From NCBI RefSeq assembly GCF_032191835.1, contig NC_083236.1, positions 27,466,001-27,530,000 on the forward strand: a DNA stretch of 64,000 nt. Reading direction: 5' to 3'. Origin of the DNA: Heteronotia binoei (lineage: Eukaryota). Positions 33,201 to 41,900 of the stretch are shown piece after piece. The first letter of the stretch is position 1; every line of letters starts with the position of its first letter. The translations under genes and the position numbers were made by a program. The notes under the pieces are model-generated. The model searched no databases and had not been told where the DNA came from. It saw nothing but the letters and a program-made list of their open reading frames with translations.

Positions 33201-34287
33201 GGGTCCCTCTTGATTTTTGTTTATGGGCTTTTTCACACAGTCTATGTATTCCGGTATGGAAGCTGGTCATAGGCCCTTTTCACACTTACCAGTGGAAACC
33301 GGAAGGGAGTCGGTATTGTGCCGCTTGCAGTAATCCGAGACAGGGATGGGAGTTTTCAGACACATGTTTTTTTTTCTGGTAGGGTTCCGTGATTGAAGCG
33401 AGCCATTTCACACTGTTCCGCTCTTATCTCGCTTCCACCAGCGCCAGCCGTTTTTGCCTGCCGGCTCGCGATCTCCAGCTTTTTTTGGGGGGGGGGGGGG
33501 AACGTCGGGCTAAGATCGCTATAGCGACATATCACAACAGCAACACCATCGAGATGGCTAGGCTCTATTGAGATAAGTTACCAGGTTTCAGCGGTGGCGA
33601 TATCTGGCATCTTAATGGAGCCCAGGCATCCCTATGGTGATGCTGTTGTGATACGTCGCTATAGTGCTATAGCACTATAGCGATCTTAGCCCGACATTCA
33701 AAAAAAAAAAGCCGGAGATCGTGCGCGCCGGCGGGCGAAAAAGGGCGCGAAAACTGCTCCCGGGTTAGATACTGGACATTTCACACAGCACCCCATAGCG
33801 ATTTCAACCCGGAAGGAGGGGTTGAAAAGTGGAAGAAGCTGCTCTTTGTAACGACTCAGGCACGCCTCACTACCGGGACAGCTGCGGGAGTGTGTGAAAA
33901 GGTGAGAGTATTCCGGTAGCAGCCAGTTACTGAATCGGGTCTGTCTGAAATGCCAGTATCTCTTTCCTTCCTTCTTATCAATGCTTATTTCTTATAAAAG
34001 CTTACAAAAATCCCTACACACCCCAGACCAATGGTGGTACAGATGTAATTTGTGTTATTATGACATGGAATTTAGCTGACTCCCAGCCTTTTGGTGTTGG
34101 GTTCAAGAAGGCACCTTGTAGCGGAGCAGGGCTCTTTCAGCTGCTTGTTAGTGGATTTCTTTTTCTTTTTCAGTTTACACTGCCATTTGCCTGGAAGTAC
34201 AGTTGCTGCATTGGCCAGCTGATAAGAAAAGGGTACTTTAAATCAGTCTCTCATGTTGTTTTAGGAAAATATTTATACAAGTCTTAA
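45..34287 (+). CDS. KCTD19: KCTD19 (BTB/POZ domain protein), 3' part: 13 coding exons, 5' exons lie outside the window
   Basis: Exons 45-236, 1319-1450, 1792-2005, 5112-5272, 7215-7318, 9544-9686, 11179-11262, 25106-25217, 26589-27213, 29624-29770, 32037-32191, 32960-33061, 34174-34287. All have AG/GT boundaries and compatible phases. The spliced product matches recalled mammalian KCTD19 motifs ([28 protein letters not shown]; [11 protein letters not shown]; [29 protein letters not shown]; [19 protein letters not shown]). Confidence 0.96.
343..540 (+). mobile_element. 5S rRNA-derived SINE
   Basis: Head resembles the 5S internal control region (gttagcacttggatgggagacc) followed by a non-5S tail. 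Confidence 0.75.
686..1151 (+). mobile_element. MITE with TAGGGTTGCCA termini; related copies at ~8270-8636 (-), 32421-32648 and ~44570-44720
   Basis: TIRs TAGGGTTGCCA / TGGCAACCCTA; the 8270-8636 copy is clearly the reverse complement; no TSD recognised. Confidence 0.75.
1319..1450 (+). CDS. KCTD19: KCTD19 exon ([44 protein letters not shown])
   Basis: (CT)n/poly-C tract then aag|; |gtgcaa donor; phase 1 to 1. Confidence 0.9.
1792..2005 (+). CDS. KCTD19: KCTD19 exon (...[43 protein letters not shown])
   Basis: ttccag| acceptor, |gtatgt donor, phase 1 to 2. Confidence 0.93.
2322..2521. mobile_element. hAT-type MITE, 200 bp
   Basis: TIRs CAGGGCTTTTTT / AAAAAAGCCCTG; exact 8-bp TSD TAACTGCT (2314-2321, 2522-2529). 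Confidence 0.9.
2637..3732 (+). mobile_element. Sauria-type SINE split by the hAT element (2637-2835 and 3638-3732)
   Basis: gttgactcagccttccatccttcc...ggggaaggcaatggcaaaccacc core; tail resumes after the hAT TIR; matches the intact copy at 62130-62420. Confidence 0.85.
2836..3637 (-). mobile_element. Internally deleted hAT DNA transposon with transposase dimerization-domain remnant
   Basis: 15-bp TIRs CAGGGCCATCTTAAC / GTTAAGACAGCCCTG; 8-bp TSD CACCCCGT / CACCCAGT; ORF 3128..3406 ([11 protein letters not shown]...GECSFS...[11 protein letters not shown]) resembles the hATC domain. Confidence 0.9.
5112..5272 (+). CDS. KCTD19: KCTD19 exon ([42 protein letters not shown]...)
   Basis: aaag| acceptor, |gtaagc donor, phase 2 to 1. 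Confidence 0.93.
5932..6127 (+). mobile_element. 5S rRNA-derived SINE
   Basis: agatcttggaagctaagcaaggttgaccctggttagtacttgcatggga head, gcaatggcaaac tail. Confidence 0.8.
7215..7318 (+). CDS. KCTD19: KCTD19 exon ([34 protein letters not shown])
   Basis: ttgtag| acceptor, |gtacag donor, phase 1 to 0. Confidence 0.94.
7655..7865 (-). mobile_element. Sauria-type SINE
   Basis: Reverse complement of the same core. Confidence 0.85.
9544..9686 (+). CDS. KCTD19: KCTD19 exon ([47 protein letters not shown])
   Basis: accag| acceptor, |gtgagt donor, BTB-type [13 protein letters not shown] motif. Confidence 0.95.
9927..10525. mobile_element. hAT (Charlie-like) non-autonomous element
   Basis: Termini CAGGAGTGTCAAAC / GTCGGACACCCCTG; 8-bp TSD ATCTAGGT / ATCTAGGA with TCTAG core. 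Confidence 0.85.
10573..10936. mobile_element. Foldback MITE with TAGGGTTGCCA left end
   Basis: Long imperfect palindrome centred near 10772 (aaaactctatggtac ctatt gtaccatagagtttt). Confidence 0.7.
11179..11262 (+). CDS. KCTD19: KCTD19 exon ([27 protein letters not shown])
   Basis: cctag| acceptor, |gtaaag donor, phase 2 to 2. Confidence 0.94.
12456..12641 (+). repeat. DIRS left inverted terminal repeat
   Basis: 12483-12641 is the reverse complement of 18382-18540 with 2 mismatches in 159 bp. Confidence 0.95.
12867..15227 (+). pseudogene. DIRS ORF1 (Gag-like; N-terminal Cys/His finger, C-terminal LAP2alpha-like region), two frameshifts
   Basis: ATG at 12867 ([13 protein letters not shown]...CLFCLGESH...CHHC); frameshifts near 13890 and 14690; C-terminal SVALRxHAWLR...LPFDGxGLF motif; TGA at 15225-15227. 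Confidence 0.85.
14956..17093 (+). pseudogene. DIRS RT / RNaseH / adenine-methyltransferase-like ORF, one nonsense and one frameshift
   Basis: [56 protein letters not shown] (RT); [43 protein letters not shown] (RNaseH); VDAFAS...YIFPP (MT). TGA at 15682-15684 in KYL*F; 1-nt loss near 16200. True start uncertain. Confidence 0.92.
16199..18091 (+). pseudogene. DIRS tyrosine recombinase (catalytic part ~17100-18091), first catalytic Arg replaced by Trp
   Basis: [26 protein letters not shown] (expected TSxRRxSEL), HSTR, and final FVSHY motifs; TGG at 17525-17527 is one transition from CGG. Confidence 0.92.
18100..18175 (+). other. Candidate 76-nt spliceosomal intron in the DIRS 3' UTR
   Basis: GG|GTGAGT donor, TGACTAAC branch site at 18153-18160, pyrimidine tract, CAG| acceptor. 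Confidence 0.65.
18208..18304 (+). repeat. DIRS internal complementary region (ICR)
   Basis: 18208-18245 is complementary to the left terminus (38 bp, 1 mismatch); 18246-18304 is complementary to the right terminus 18536-18594 (59 bp, exact). Confidence 0.95.
18382..18594 (+). repeat. DIRS right inverted terminal repeat with right extension
   Basis: Reverse complement of the left ITR plus a ~30-bp extension ending caacctgttt. Confidence 0.95.
19402..19570 (-). mobile_element. ~170-bp retroelement 3' fragment (L2-tail-like) inserted in the L1 RT domain
   Basis: Splits FALSL|EPL; TAAT duplicated at 19398-19401 and 19567-19570; contains tttataacccgccctcc...ctcagggcggct, similar to the tail at ~24440-24500. 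Confidence 0.7.
22026..22718 (+). mobile_element. ~700-bp composite insert in the L1 inter-ORF spacer
   Basis: TTCATTG repeated at 22019-22025 and 22719-22725; contains a 94-bp copy of host ORF2 (22035-22128) followed by an AT-rich segment ending in an A-rich tail, resembling an L1 3' end on the + strand. Confidence 0.5.
23157..24191 (-). pseudogene. L1 ORF1 (coiled coil, RRM, CTD), disrupted
   Basis: ORF-track pieces 23967..24191, 23499..23924, 23288..23536; [17 protein letters not shown] resembles the L1 ORF1 RRxNLRIxGxPE motif; boundaries approximate. Confidence 0.8.
24972..25032 (+). mobile_element. 61-bp 5'-truncated retro-insertion with poly(A) tail
   Basis: Exact 23-bp TSD GATATTCAGAGGAACAGCAGGAC at 24949-24971 and 25033-25055; insert has two AATAAA and ends in A12. 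Confidence 0.85.
25106..25217 (+). CDS. KCTD19: KCTD19 exon ([37 protein letters not shown])
   Basis: ttgcag| acceptor, |gtactt donor; phase 2 to 0 bridges the flanking exons; aligns weakly to the recalled SWTQEKESENEEAFSIRRL segment. Confidence 0.8.
26000..26283. mobile_element. Foldback MITE, possibly PIF/Harbinger-derived
   Basis: Termini TACCGATTTCTCACTAGC / GCTAGTGAGAAATCGGTA, ~100-bp imperfect arms, CAA on both flanks. Confidence 0.75.
26589..27213 (+). CDS. KCTD19: KCTD19 large exon ([17 protein letters not shown]...[21 protein letters not shown]...)
   Basis: Inside ORF 26565..27263; PxQxLISLVxxWDMxN motif; tttggag| acceptor, |gtgagg donor, phase 0 to 1. Confidence 0.85.
28190..28990 (+). 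mobile_element. Degraded L2-type LINE RT and 3' fragment
   Basis: Remnants of TETVL, LLLLDLSxAFDxxDH, LSPxLFNIY, YADDTQLY and WLxxNxLxLNPxKTE motifs, with many stops. Confidence 0.75.
29624..29770 (+). CDS. KCTD19: KCTD19 exon ([48 protein letters not shown])
   Basis: ccacag| acceptor, |gtatcc donor; GxILKVxHPPxVxxDG motif. Confidence 0.92.
32037..32191 (+). CDS. KCTD19: KCTD19 exon ([51 protein letters not shown])
   Basis: cttag| acceptor, |gtaagc donor. Confidence 0.94.
32960..33061 (+). CDS. KCTD19: KCTD19 exon ([34 protein letters not shown])
   Basis: ttgtag| acceptor, |gtaagt donor, phase 0 to 0. Confidence 0.92.
33225..33957. mobile_element. CpG-rich foldback element in the last KCTD19 intron
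   Basis: Inner arms ~33433-33548 and ~33634-33755 are reverse complements; ttcacac/gtgtgaa motifs near the ends; boundaries approximate. Confidence 0.6.
34174..34287 (+). CDS. KCTD19: KCTD19 terminal coding exon ([37 protein letters not shown])
   Basis: ttttcag| acceptor; TAA at 34285-34287; matches recalled C-terminus TLPFAxKY...LGKYL. Confidence 0.94.
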   Translation, partial: FTLPFAWKYSCCIGQLIRKGYFKSVSHVVLGKYLYKS

Positions 34288-34291
34288 TAAA
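34286..34291 (+). terminator. Candidate KCTD19 polyadenylation signal AATAAA overlapping the stop codon
   Basis: gtctTAATAAAgcc; hexamer only, no transcript data. Confidence 0.5.
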
Positions 34292-34890
34292 GCCTAAGCC
34301 TTCCACTTGCTCCACCTTGGATACCTTGGCAGCTTCTTGGCTTTGTTTCAGTGACTACAGGGGCCACAAATTATTCCACTTCCAACTATAAGGGGAATCC
34401 TATCTTTGAGCGCACTTCCATTGAAAAAGCTGCATCCACGGATACAGCCAAGGAGCATGGTAGTTGGGTCGAGGCTGTGCTAAACTGGTTCCCTCCTGGA
34501 TCTTGGGAGCTTGAATGCTCCCCTGTTTAAAAAGCTTCCTTTATGCAGGAATGGAAAAATTTCAGAGCATTAAAAGAAGTACTCCCACCTGCAGTAAGGT
34601 AGCCCATCCAGAATTCTACCACCTCATTCTGCAGAATGTGGGGAAAAGCTTTTACTAGAACATTTGTGGAATAAACACAAAAAAGAAATCACGAGTAGCA
34701 GGAGGTTTGGCAGAAGCTCACAGGTGCTCTTCCGTCTTCCTCGAGATGGGTGTCTGCATGGGGTGGGGGATCACTTTTATAGTCAGCTGCCCTTTTGCCA
34801 GGGCTCATTCTCATTCTACTACCAGCTGCTCAATCAGGCTGTGGCAGCTTCAAATAGGCATATCCCGTAGTTAGTAATAATGAAGATGAT

Positions 34891-35097
34891 GGGCCATGGC
34901 TCAGTGGGAGAGCCTGTTTGGCATGCAGAAGGTCCCAGGTTCAATCCACAGTGTCTCCAGCTAAAAGGATAAGTCATTAGGTGAGATGAAAAACCCCAAG
35001 TTGAGACCCTGGAGAGCCCGTGCTAATCTGAGTAGACAAAACTGATCCTGATAGACCAAGGGTCTTGTTCAGTATAAGGCAACTTCATGTGTTCATA
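34891..35097 (+). mobile_element. tRNA-derived SINE with cagtataaggcagcttcatgtgttc-type tail; second copy at ~42596-42790 (-)
   Basis: GGCTCAGTGG A box, GGTTCAATCC B box, shared tail between the copies. Confidence 0.75.
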
Positions 35098-35863
35098 AAA
35101 ATATAAGAGAAATCAAGATCTTAGACCCCCAAAGGACTCCTGTGTGTATGTGGGTCAACACTGGGGTCCTGACTCCATCTTTCTAGCACATCAGGCTGAC
35201 TTCCAGTTTACGAACAAATTGCGTCCTTTCAGGAATCAGTGACCAACAGTTAGTTCAGATGAGTGTGTTTAAATCCACAGCTCTAAAGGTCAAGCCATTG
35301 AGTTTCAGGGGTCGTGCCTGATACAGCAACTTCTAGAGGAGGAAAGAAAATGCAGTCAAAAGGGGCAGATTTGGTTCCTGCATAAAGTGTGGGAACATGT
35401 TTTCACTCTTCAGGGGGTTCAGTGAGTGGGGAGGAGCATGCTTCTCAGTTTGAGTGAGGAACCTGAAGGAATCAGCAGCCCCATCTGCAGGTGTACCTGG
35501 AAAAGCCTGTTTCCCATGTACCATGTCATAGGGATGGTATTGCATTCTGGACAGAAGGGATAAGGACATGACTTTGTTACCAAACAAAGGCAATGTATGC
35601 CACTTGCAGCATCCAGAGCTTGTTGGGCTTAATGGCACATCTCCTGCAGAAGTAGTTCCATTTTGGAAGCTGAAGAGAGTCCTACAGAATTGGTTTGTTA
35701 GGGTATTCAGTCCTATGAGAGAAGTCAGAAAATCGTTGGACCTTTGGAAGAGCTGCTGTGGTGTGACTGGACCAGCGGGGTAACAGACATAGCATATTGA
35801 GTGGAGTTGTGCTTGAGCTCTTAAATTCCTATCAAAAGAGAGCTGGAATGCACATGGTACATG

Positions 35864-36438
35864 CAGGGCCGGCCTGCCCACTAGGCAAATTAGGCATCTG
35901 CCTAGGGTGCCAGCAGGGCAAGAGCACTGAATTCGGCCCTCCCCCTAGGCAAATGCCTCCTTTGCCTGAGGGCTGCACTCCGCAGTGCCTCCTCCTCCCT
36001 CCCTTCCCCACCATTTCAGTTCACAGGAAGAGGGGGGTGGAGTGCTGCACTTCTTTAAAGCCCTCCCCCTGCTGATCAGCTGATTGACAAGTAAAATGGC
36101 ACCAGAGGCTCCCGGTTCCTATGCTGGCCCTCCAGCACAGCCACAATCAGTGCGGGGTTGAGAGGGCAGCAGCAGCGGGAAGGACAAGTGAGCTGTTGAA
36201 AGAGTGGCTGCCGCTGCTACCTCCCCCCCCTTCCTTCCCCCATGATCCAGGAAGGAGGAGGGGAGGAGACAGTGGCGGTGACCACTCTTTCAGCAGCTGT
36301 CTCGCCCTTCCCGCTGCTGCTGCCCCCTCAATGATTGTAATTGAAATGGTGGGGAAGGGAGGAAGGAGGTGGTGCTATGGAGTGGGGAGGTGGACAGCAA
36401 GCCTGCCTAGGGCACCATGCACCCTAGGGTCGGCCCTG
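35864..36438. mobile_element. hAT (Tip100-like) non-autonomous element
   Basis: TIRs CAGGGCCGGCC / GGTCGGCCCTG; degenerate 8-bp TSD GGTACATG / GATACAGG. Confidence 0.75.
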
Positions 36439-36769
36439 GATACAGGGCTTTGGTTTTGCCCATCTAAAAAAACCACATCAATCAGCATTCCAACTTTCAT
36501 CATCCAGGGCTTTTATCCAAGTTGATCTGTGGGTATCCTGATTTAAAGTGGCTAACAAACCATCTTCAGCAAAGAGCTGTTTTAAACTCAGTTTGAACCA
36601 TTTTGGATTCACTGACTTGGTAGTAGCGCCATAGGTGGCAAAATATTCGGTCTCTTGGAGTCTAGCCTAAAATGTGAATATTTAGTATTACATGCAATTG
36701 ATAAACTTCCCAGATCTTCTTTTAGAAATGAACATGCAACCAAACCAAAATGCACTGGAAGAAATAACT

Positions 36770-36775
36770 TTTATT
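36770..36775 (-). terminator. Candidate PLEKHG4 polyadenylation signal (AATAAA on the - strand)
   Basis: AATAAA followed ~13 nt later by CA and a GT-rich tract (ttttggtttggttg); implies a ~2.2 kb 3' UTR. Confidence 0.55.
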
Positions 36776-38946
36776 ATGTAATTCAGTCAAATCTTAAAAA
36801 ACAACATTGATGTTAGCAGGACATTAAGGCATTTTCTCCCAGCAATGAAAAAACTTGTCTTACTTGAGAAATTCCAGATATTGGTCAGAAAATGGTTAAT
36901 GTGAAATTTCTTTCATACTTTCTCCAGTTTTTTTGCTCAACTCTCTTCCTCTTTAAAAGCAAAGGTTAGATTAATCAAGAGTTTGGAAGCGTCTATATTT
37001 GTCCTCATCCAGCTGTTTTTCAGATAATATTCTACCAAAAATGGCAAATAGTTCTGTAACTCCATTCTTAGAATAAAAAAAAAAAAGAGAATGCTGGGAA
37101 AAAATCCAGCTTATTAAATAAATGTATAAAATAAGAGTCATATTTACAGCACTTGGATTTTCAGAATGAAAGTGGAATCTGGTTAATATGCAAGGGAAAA
37201 CAGAAGTGCATTCAAGGCCTTAAAGCAAAAGTTGGGAAGCAGAACCATCACATTAGCCAGGATATTATGGCATCCTTGAGTTGGGTGTGATAGGCAAACT
37301 CCTATGCTGCTGAGAGATGCTGCAGCCCATGCTGACAGCTCAGAGTGGGCTCCTTGGATGCTTTGCAAATGGGGCCCACCAACCCTTTCTCAACTAGACT
37401 GGCAGAAACAACCAATAATCAGAGGCGCTTCTATTAGCAACAATTTATGTCTGAACTGTACCCCCTGAACTCTTCCCTGCCCTCTCTGAGCTTTGCCCAT
37501 GCTTTCCCTTCATCCTGCCATCCAGAGCCCCTTTATTACTCTCTTGGTGATTGAAAGCCACAGTTGGGCAGGCAGCAGACTTGGGAAGCATCTCAAGCCA
37601 GGGAGGGAAATAAGGGAGCCCCTCCCTGGAGTACATGACCACTGGGCAGAAAAACAGCTTCAATGGCTCCAGTTGGGAGGGGTTCCTCCTGCTCTGTCAC
37701 TAGGCTAGCTAAAAAAATTTAAATTGTCCGGTGGCTGGCCTGCTTGCCTGCACAGTTCCCATGCGGGACTACACAGTATGACCACTGTGAACAGACACCT
37801 CCAGCACAGGAGCAGCCAAAGGAAGGTGCTGGAGTGGTCTGAACAACTTCCAAATGCAGGTGACGAAATGACAGTTTTGAATGGCCCCCTTCCCTGGGGT
37901 GGGAGGAGGAATGCCTTGCAAGCTGAAAACTAGCAAATCATGGAGATAGGTGTTAGCTCAGCCTGCTCCTTGCCACACATGTTTTCTTTTTGCATGGAAG
38001 TTGTTGTTTAATGGGAAAAAACACTGAAAAACTTGGTCCCTCCCCTGCAGTTTCTAGGGCAGCCTTTATCCTTCCTGCCTTTATTCTGCTGTATATGTAG
38101 AACAGACCAGTCTTGGGCCCCATCTCCTTGGGTGCTTCTCCACCTCTGCTGCCCAAGTCACTGGTTTAGCTTCCCATTGATGGAAAGCCTTTTCTGCCCA
38201 TCAGAGAGTGCTATTTTGGTGGCAACTAAGCAATGAGCACAACTTAGCACTGAGGCACCTGGGGATTTTGCGTATGAATTCATAGAAAGAAAAGGCAATA
38301 AATTATCTCAACACCAGGCCAACCGAAACAAAGAGAACAGGCCTGGATAACAAGGTTCAACCTAAGAGAGGGCATTCCCCCCCCCCCTAAAAAAATAAAT
38401 AACTTTGCTTCCTTCTGCCCTTTCAAAAAAAGGGTTAGAACTGTGCAGCTTGCAGAACAAAACTCCGGTCAACTGAAAACAAAAACATGAGCAGTAAACA
38501 GTTTCCTGATGACTTTGATTTTTTCCAGTCCGTTGGTGCAGATTGCTGGCCATTCATCTAAACAGGCTCACATCTGGCCCACAAAATATGCTTTGCCGCT
38601 GAGCCCCTCCCCCTCCCACCGCCGCTATTTCACTGTTGCTTACTGCTGCTTCCAGTTCCCCAGGTCCAGCCACCATATTGCTTCCCGATGTGCTAACAGA
38701 AGGAAACACGGTGGCTAGGGCCTGACCGCAGTAGCCTCCATGGAACAAGCCAGGGCTGGCCCCTGAGATGGCAGTTCAGGCCCACTCTTCAACTGAATCG
38801 GGTGACGCTACTCTAAAAAAGGGGGTCTAGGCAGTTGTGGACCTTGAGGGACACTGATCTCCCCCTACTAACGTTGTGGCCTCTGGAGCACTGTAGGGAG
38901 GGTTCCTTGTTTCGGGCTCCTCCAAAACGTCAATGGAAACTGGCAT

Positions 38947-38952
38947 TCAAAC
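38947..38952 (-). CDS. PLEKHG4: Probable PLEKHG4 terminal coding micro-segment GTT TGA (V*), start of the last exon
   Basis: ctgac branch-like site and gctgtgttgcag| acceptor followed by GTT TGA in phase 0; gives C-terminus ...YVSAV*. Confidence 0.6.
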   Translation of the reverse strand, partial: V

Positions 38953-41900
38953 CTGCAACACAGCATCATAGACAGTCAGGGGATCTAGAAGCCTCTCGCA
39001 GACAGGCATGCCCTGGGAGGGACTGATCCTCCATAAACCAAATCCTCTCCCCCTGCCATTAACCAACACAATCCAGGCTCCATTAAAGCATGAAGTCGAA
39101 CGTGTCTGCTGACTGGGAAGGGTCCCTGTCCAGTAGTGGCCAAACTTATAACTTGACTGAAAGGGCTCTTGCTGCGGTTTACAACAGCCTTTTGGTAAGG
39201 GAGACAGTCTTGGGGGAAGGGAGAATAGCACATGTCAAGAGGACGCTTTGGTTGAGGGCTCTTGGGGAAGGCACTTGCAAGGCTCAGAACACGCATGCAG
39301 GTCAGCCAAGTCTGCACACTCCTGCTTACTCACCGCTGAAACATACTGGCTTTTGGGGAAACAGCTTTTCTCTTCCAGGGGGGAGGCCAAGGAAGAACTT
39401 GTGGGAGTGGAAAGCGGGGACCCCAGATCTTCACAGAAGCTGTCCCGAGGAATGCCAGAGACACAGCCGCTGTCAGAACTGCTGGAGCCACTGCCAGACA
39501 TGTAGTGGGAGGACTCGGAGCTCTCCGTTGCTGGGCAAAGAGAGGGAAGAAGTGTCAGGAAGCGACCTGGCCTGCTCCCAAAACACCCCTCCTGAACAAA
39601 TGTCCATCCAGCCTGCCGCATGCAGCCATACAAGGATAGAACAGCCACGCTAAAGAGTCTGCCAAAGGTTCCTAGGACTAGCAGAAGCATCTGGTTCTGC
39701 TTCTATTCTGTCAGTAAAATGAAAATAAGGATGGAGACTGCAAGGTAGGGACCAGGGGGGAGATGTTGTAGATATACACTTGGGAGAACTCACACACATG
39801 GCAAGAAGTTCTATCACAAGCATGTCCCAGTTAAGATCAGTACCAGTAATAGTATCAATAAGGAAAAGATGTCATTCACGCAAGTCTTTTCACCTCACAT
39901 TGACTGACTTGCAACTGCAAGGCAACCATCAGACAACAAACACACAGTTCTCCCTAACATAAAGCTTTCCCAAGTGAGGATTCACTGAAGATGTGCCCTC
40001 ATATGGGTGGATATCAGTCCCACCCATCTGCTCTCTTCCCTGGTTTCTAGGCTTGCTTTCAACCTGCAGTTGCACATCTTGCTTGGAGCACTCTGTGCAA
40101 ACTGGAAAAGCAATTCTGAAGCTTAGCAGATTGAGAAAGGGCTTGCTAGCTGGGAGCTGACCAGAACGGGAGCAGAAAGCTGAGAAAGCCATTCAGACTC
40201 TTTGTCTTTCAAGTTCCTATTAATTGTACTGGCTTAGCAATACTGACTGCCATTGGTTCACAAGGGCCTGGTCTATCTCCTTAGAGCCCAGCTATTTTGT
40301 TGGAAGTCATTCCACATGCTGCCAGAGTACCCAGAGGCCCTTCCATAAAGGCCAAAGCAGCACTGCTTCTGCAGCAGAATCTGGGAAAGGGAGGATGTGA
40401 TACTATACAGTCTACCATCCAAAGTTGCCATTTCTTCCAGCACAGATCAGCTGTAGTTACAGGGGAACTCCAGGTCCTATTTGGAGATTGGCAACCCTAT
40501 ATGTGGCTAATATCAAGTCCACAGAGCCCCTTTCTCATCCTTCCCTTCATGGAGTTCACCTACTCATGATGGTTGCCCTCCCCAAAGCTCCATGCACAAC
40601 ATTCTTGGAAGACAGATATTGGATGCCAGCAGCTGACATGAACCTTTGGTGCACATAAAGCCTTTCATGGGGGGCAGGAGGTTGGGAGAGGAGCTTGTCT
40701 ACTGCATAGTCATTGTGTGACTACCTTAAGCTAAGGTTTCAACTAGATTTGGGGCCCTGATCTTGTTGACCCCATGCACATCAAACATCTAAGATGGAAA
40801 TGCTGATGAATGTTTCTAAATGGATGCTCCGGGGTTCCTTGGGAGCAATTCCTACTTCACTGAAGTGGAGGAAAGCCAGGACTCAATACTTGTTTTGGAG
40901 AAGAGATGCTTCAGAGAAACATATGGCGGCAGTAAATCCACAAGTGGGCATCACACAAGACCATACTGAGGCTCACAGATCTAGCTGTTGCTCATTTCTC
41001 CCACTCTGCCCAGCAATCCCATCTGCCACTTGCAAGAGTTCCTGCTTCTGATACCCTCCTAGCATGGCCACTGGCTCACACAATCCCAGGATAATGCCCT
41101 AGGAGCAACGGCATGCCATACGTACTCATTGAAGGCTGGCTGCTGGTCTCATTCTCCATCTCATCCTCCTCAATGCAACCATCAGTGTCAAAGGGCCGGC
41201 TGGCACTCAGCATGCTTGGCAGTAGGGCCTGATTCAGGTACATGTGCAGGTTGAGGGGCCCGAGCACTGAGCAGGAAGAGGGGCCACCGGCAAGCAGAGG
41301 AGCTGGTGATCTCTTGTAGGGATTGGTGTGGTCAAACAGAGACACAGCAATGGAAGCCCGGGTCCTTGCTCCTGCCACACAGCAACACATTCAAGCATGA
41401 GTGCCCCAAGGGCTGAGCTGAGGGGGCGAGATGGGGGAGGCCAAGAGGTGGAGCTGGACTTACCCCTGCCTTTCATAATGTAATCGATGGCGCGGTCGTG
41501 GATGGCAGCTTCGCTCGGCTTGATGTCGAGGAAAGGCTTGTTGCCTACACCCATGGACACCATCTCCTGCATGCGGATTTCTGGCAGGAGGCAAGAGACC
41601 ACAATGAAAATACCCCTGCAACAGACAGCTGTGGTGTATCCTCCTATGGTCTCCTGAAAGACAAGCTTATCCCTGGAACTGAGGCCCCTGAACCCTTGCC
41701 CACGGGTGACCAGATGCAGCAGAGGACAATTTCATGATTGGAAGAAGGAACATCAGCAGGGGCAGCTTTATCTCGTTCTTCTGCCCAATGGCAGGACATG
41801 TCGCACCTGACCAAATTCCCACTGCTCCATATGAAGCCCTCTGTGGTAACCACAGTAGGCCGATCAAACTTCCTCCCTTGCTTATTTAAGTAGTGATACC

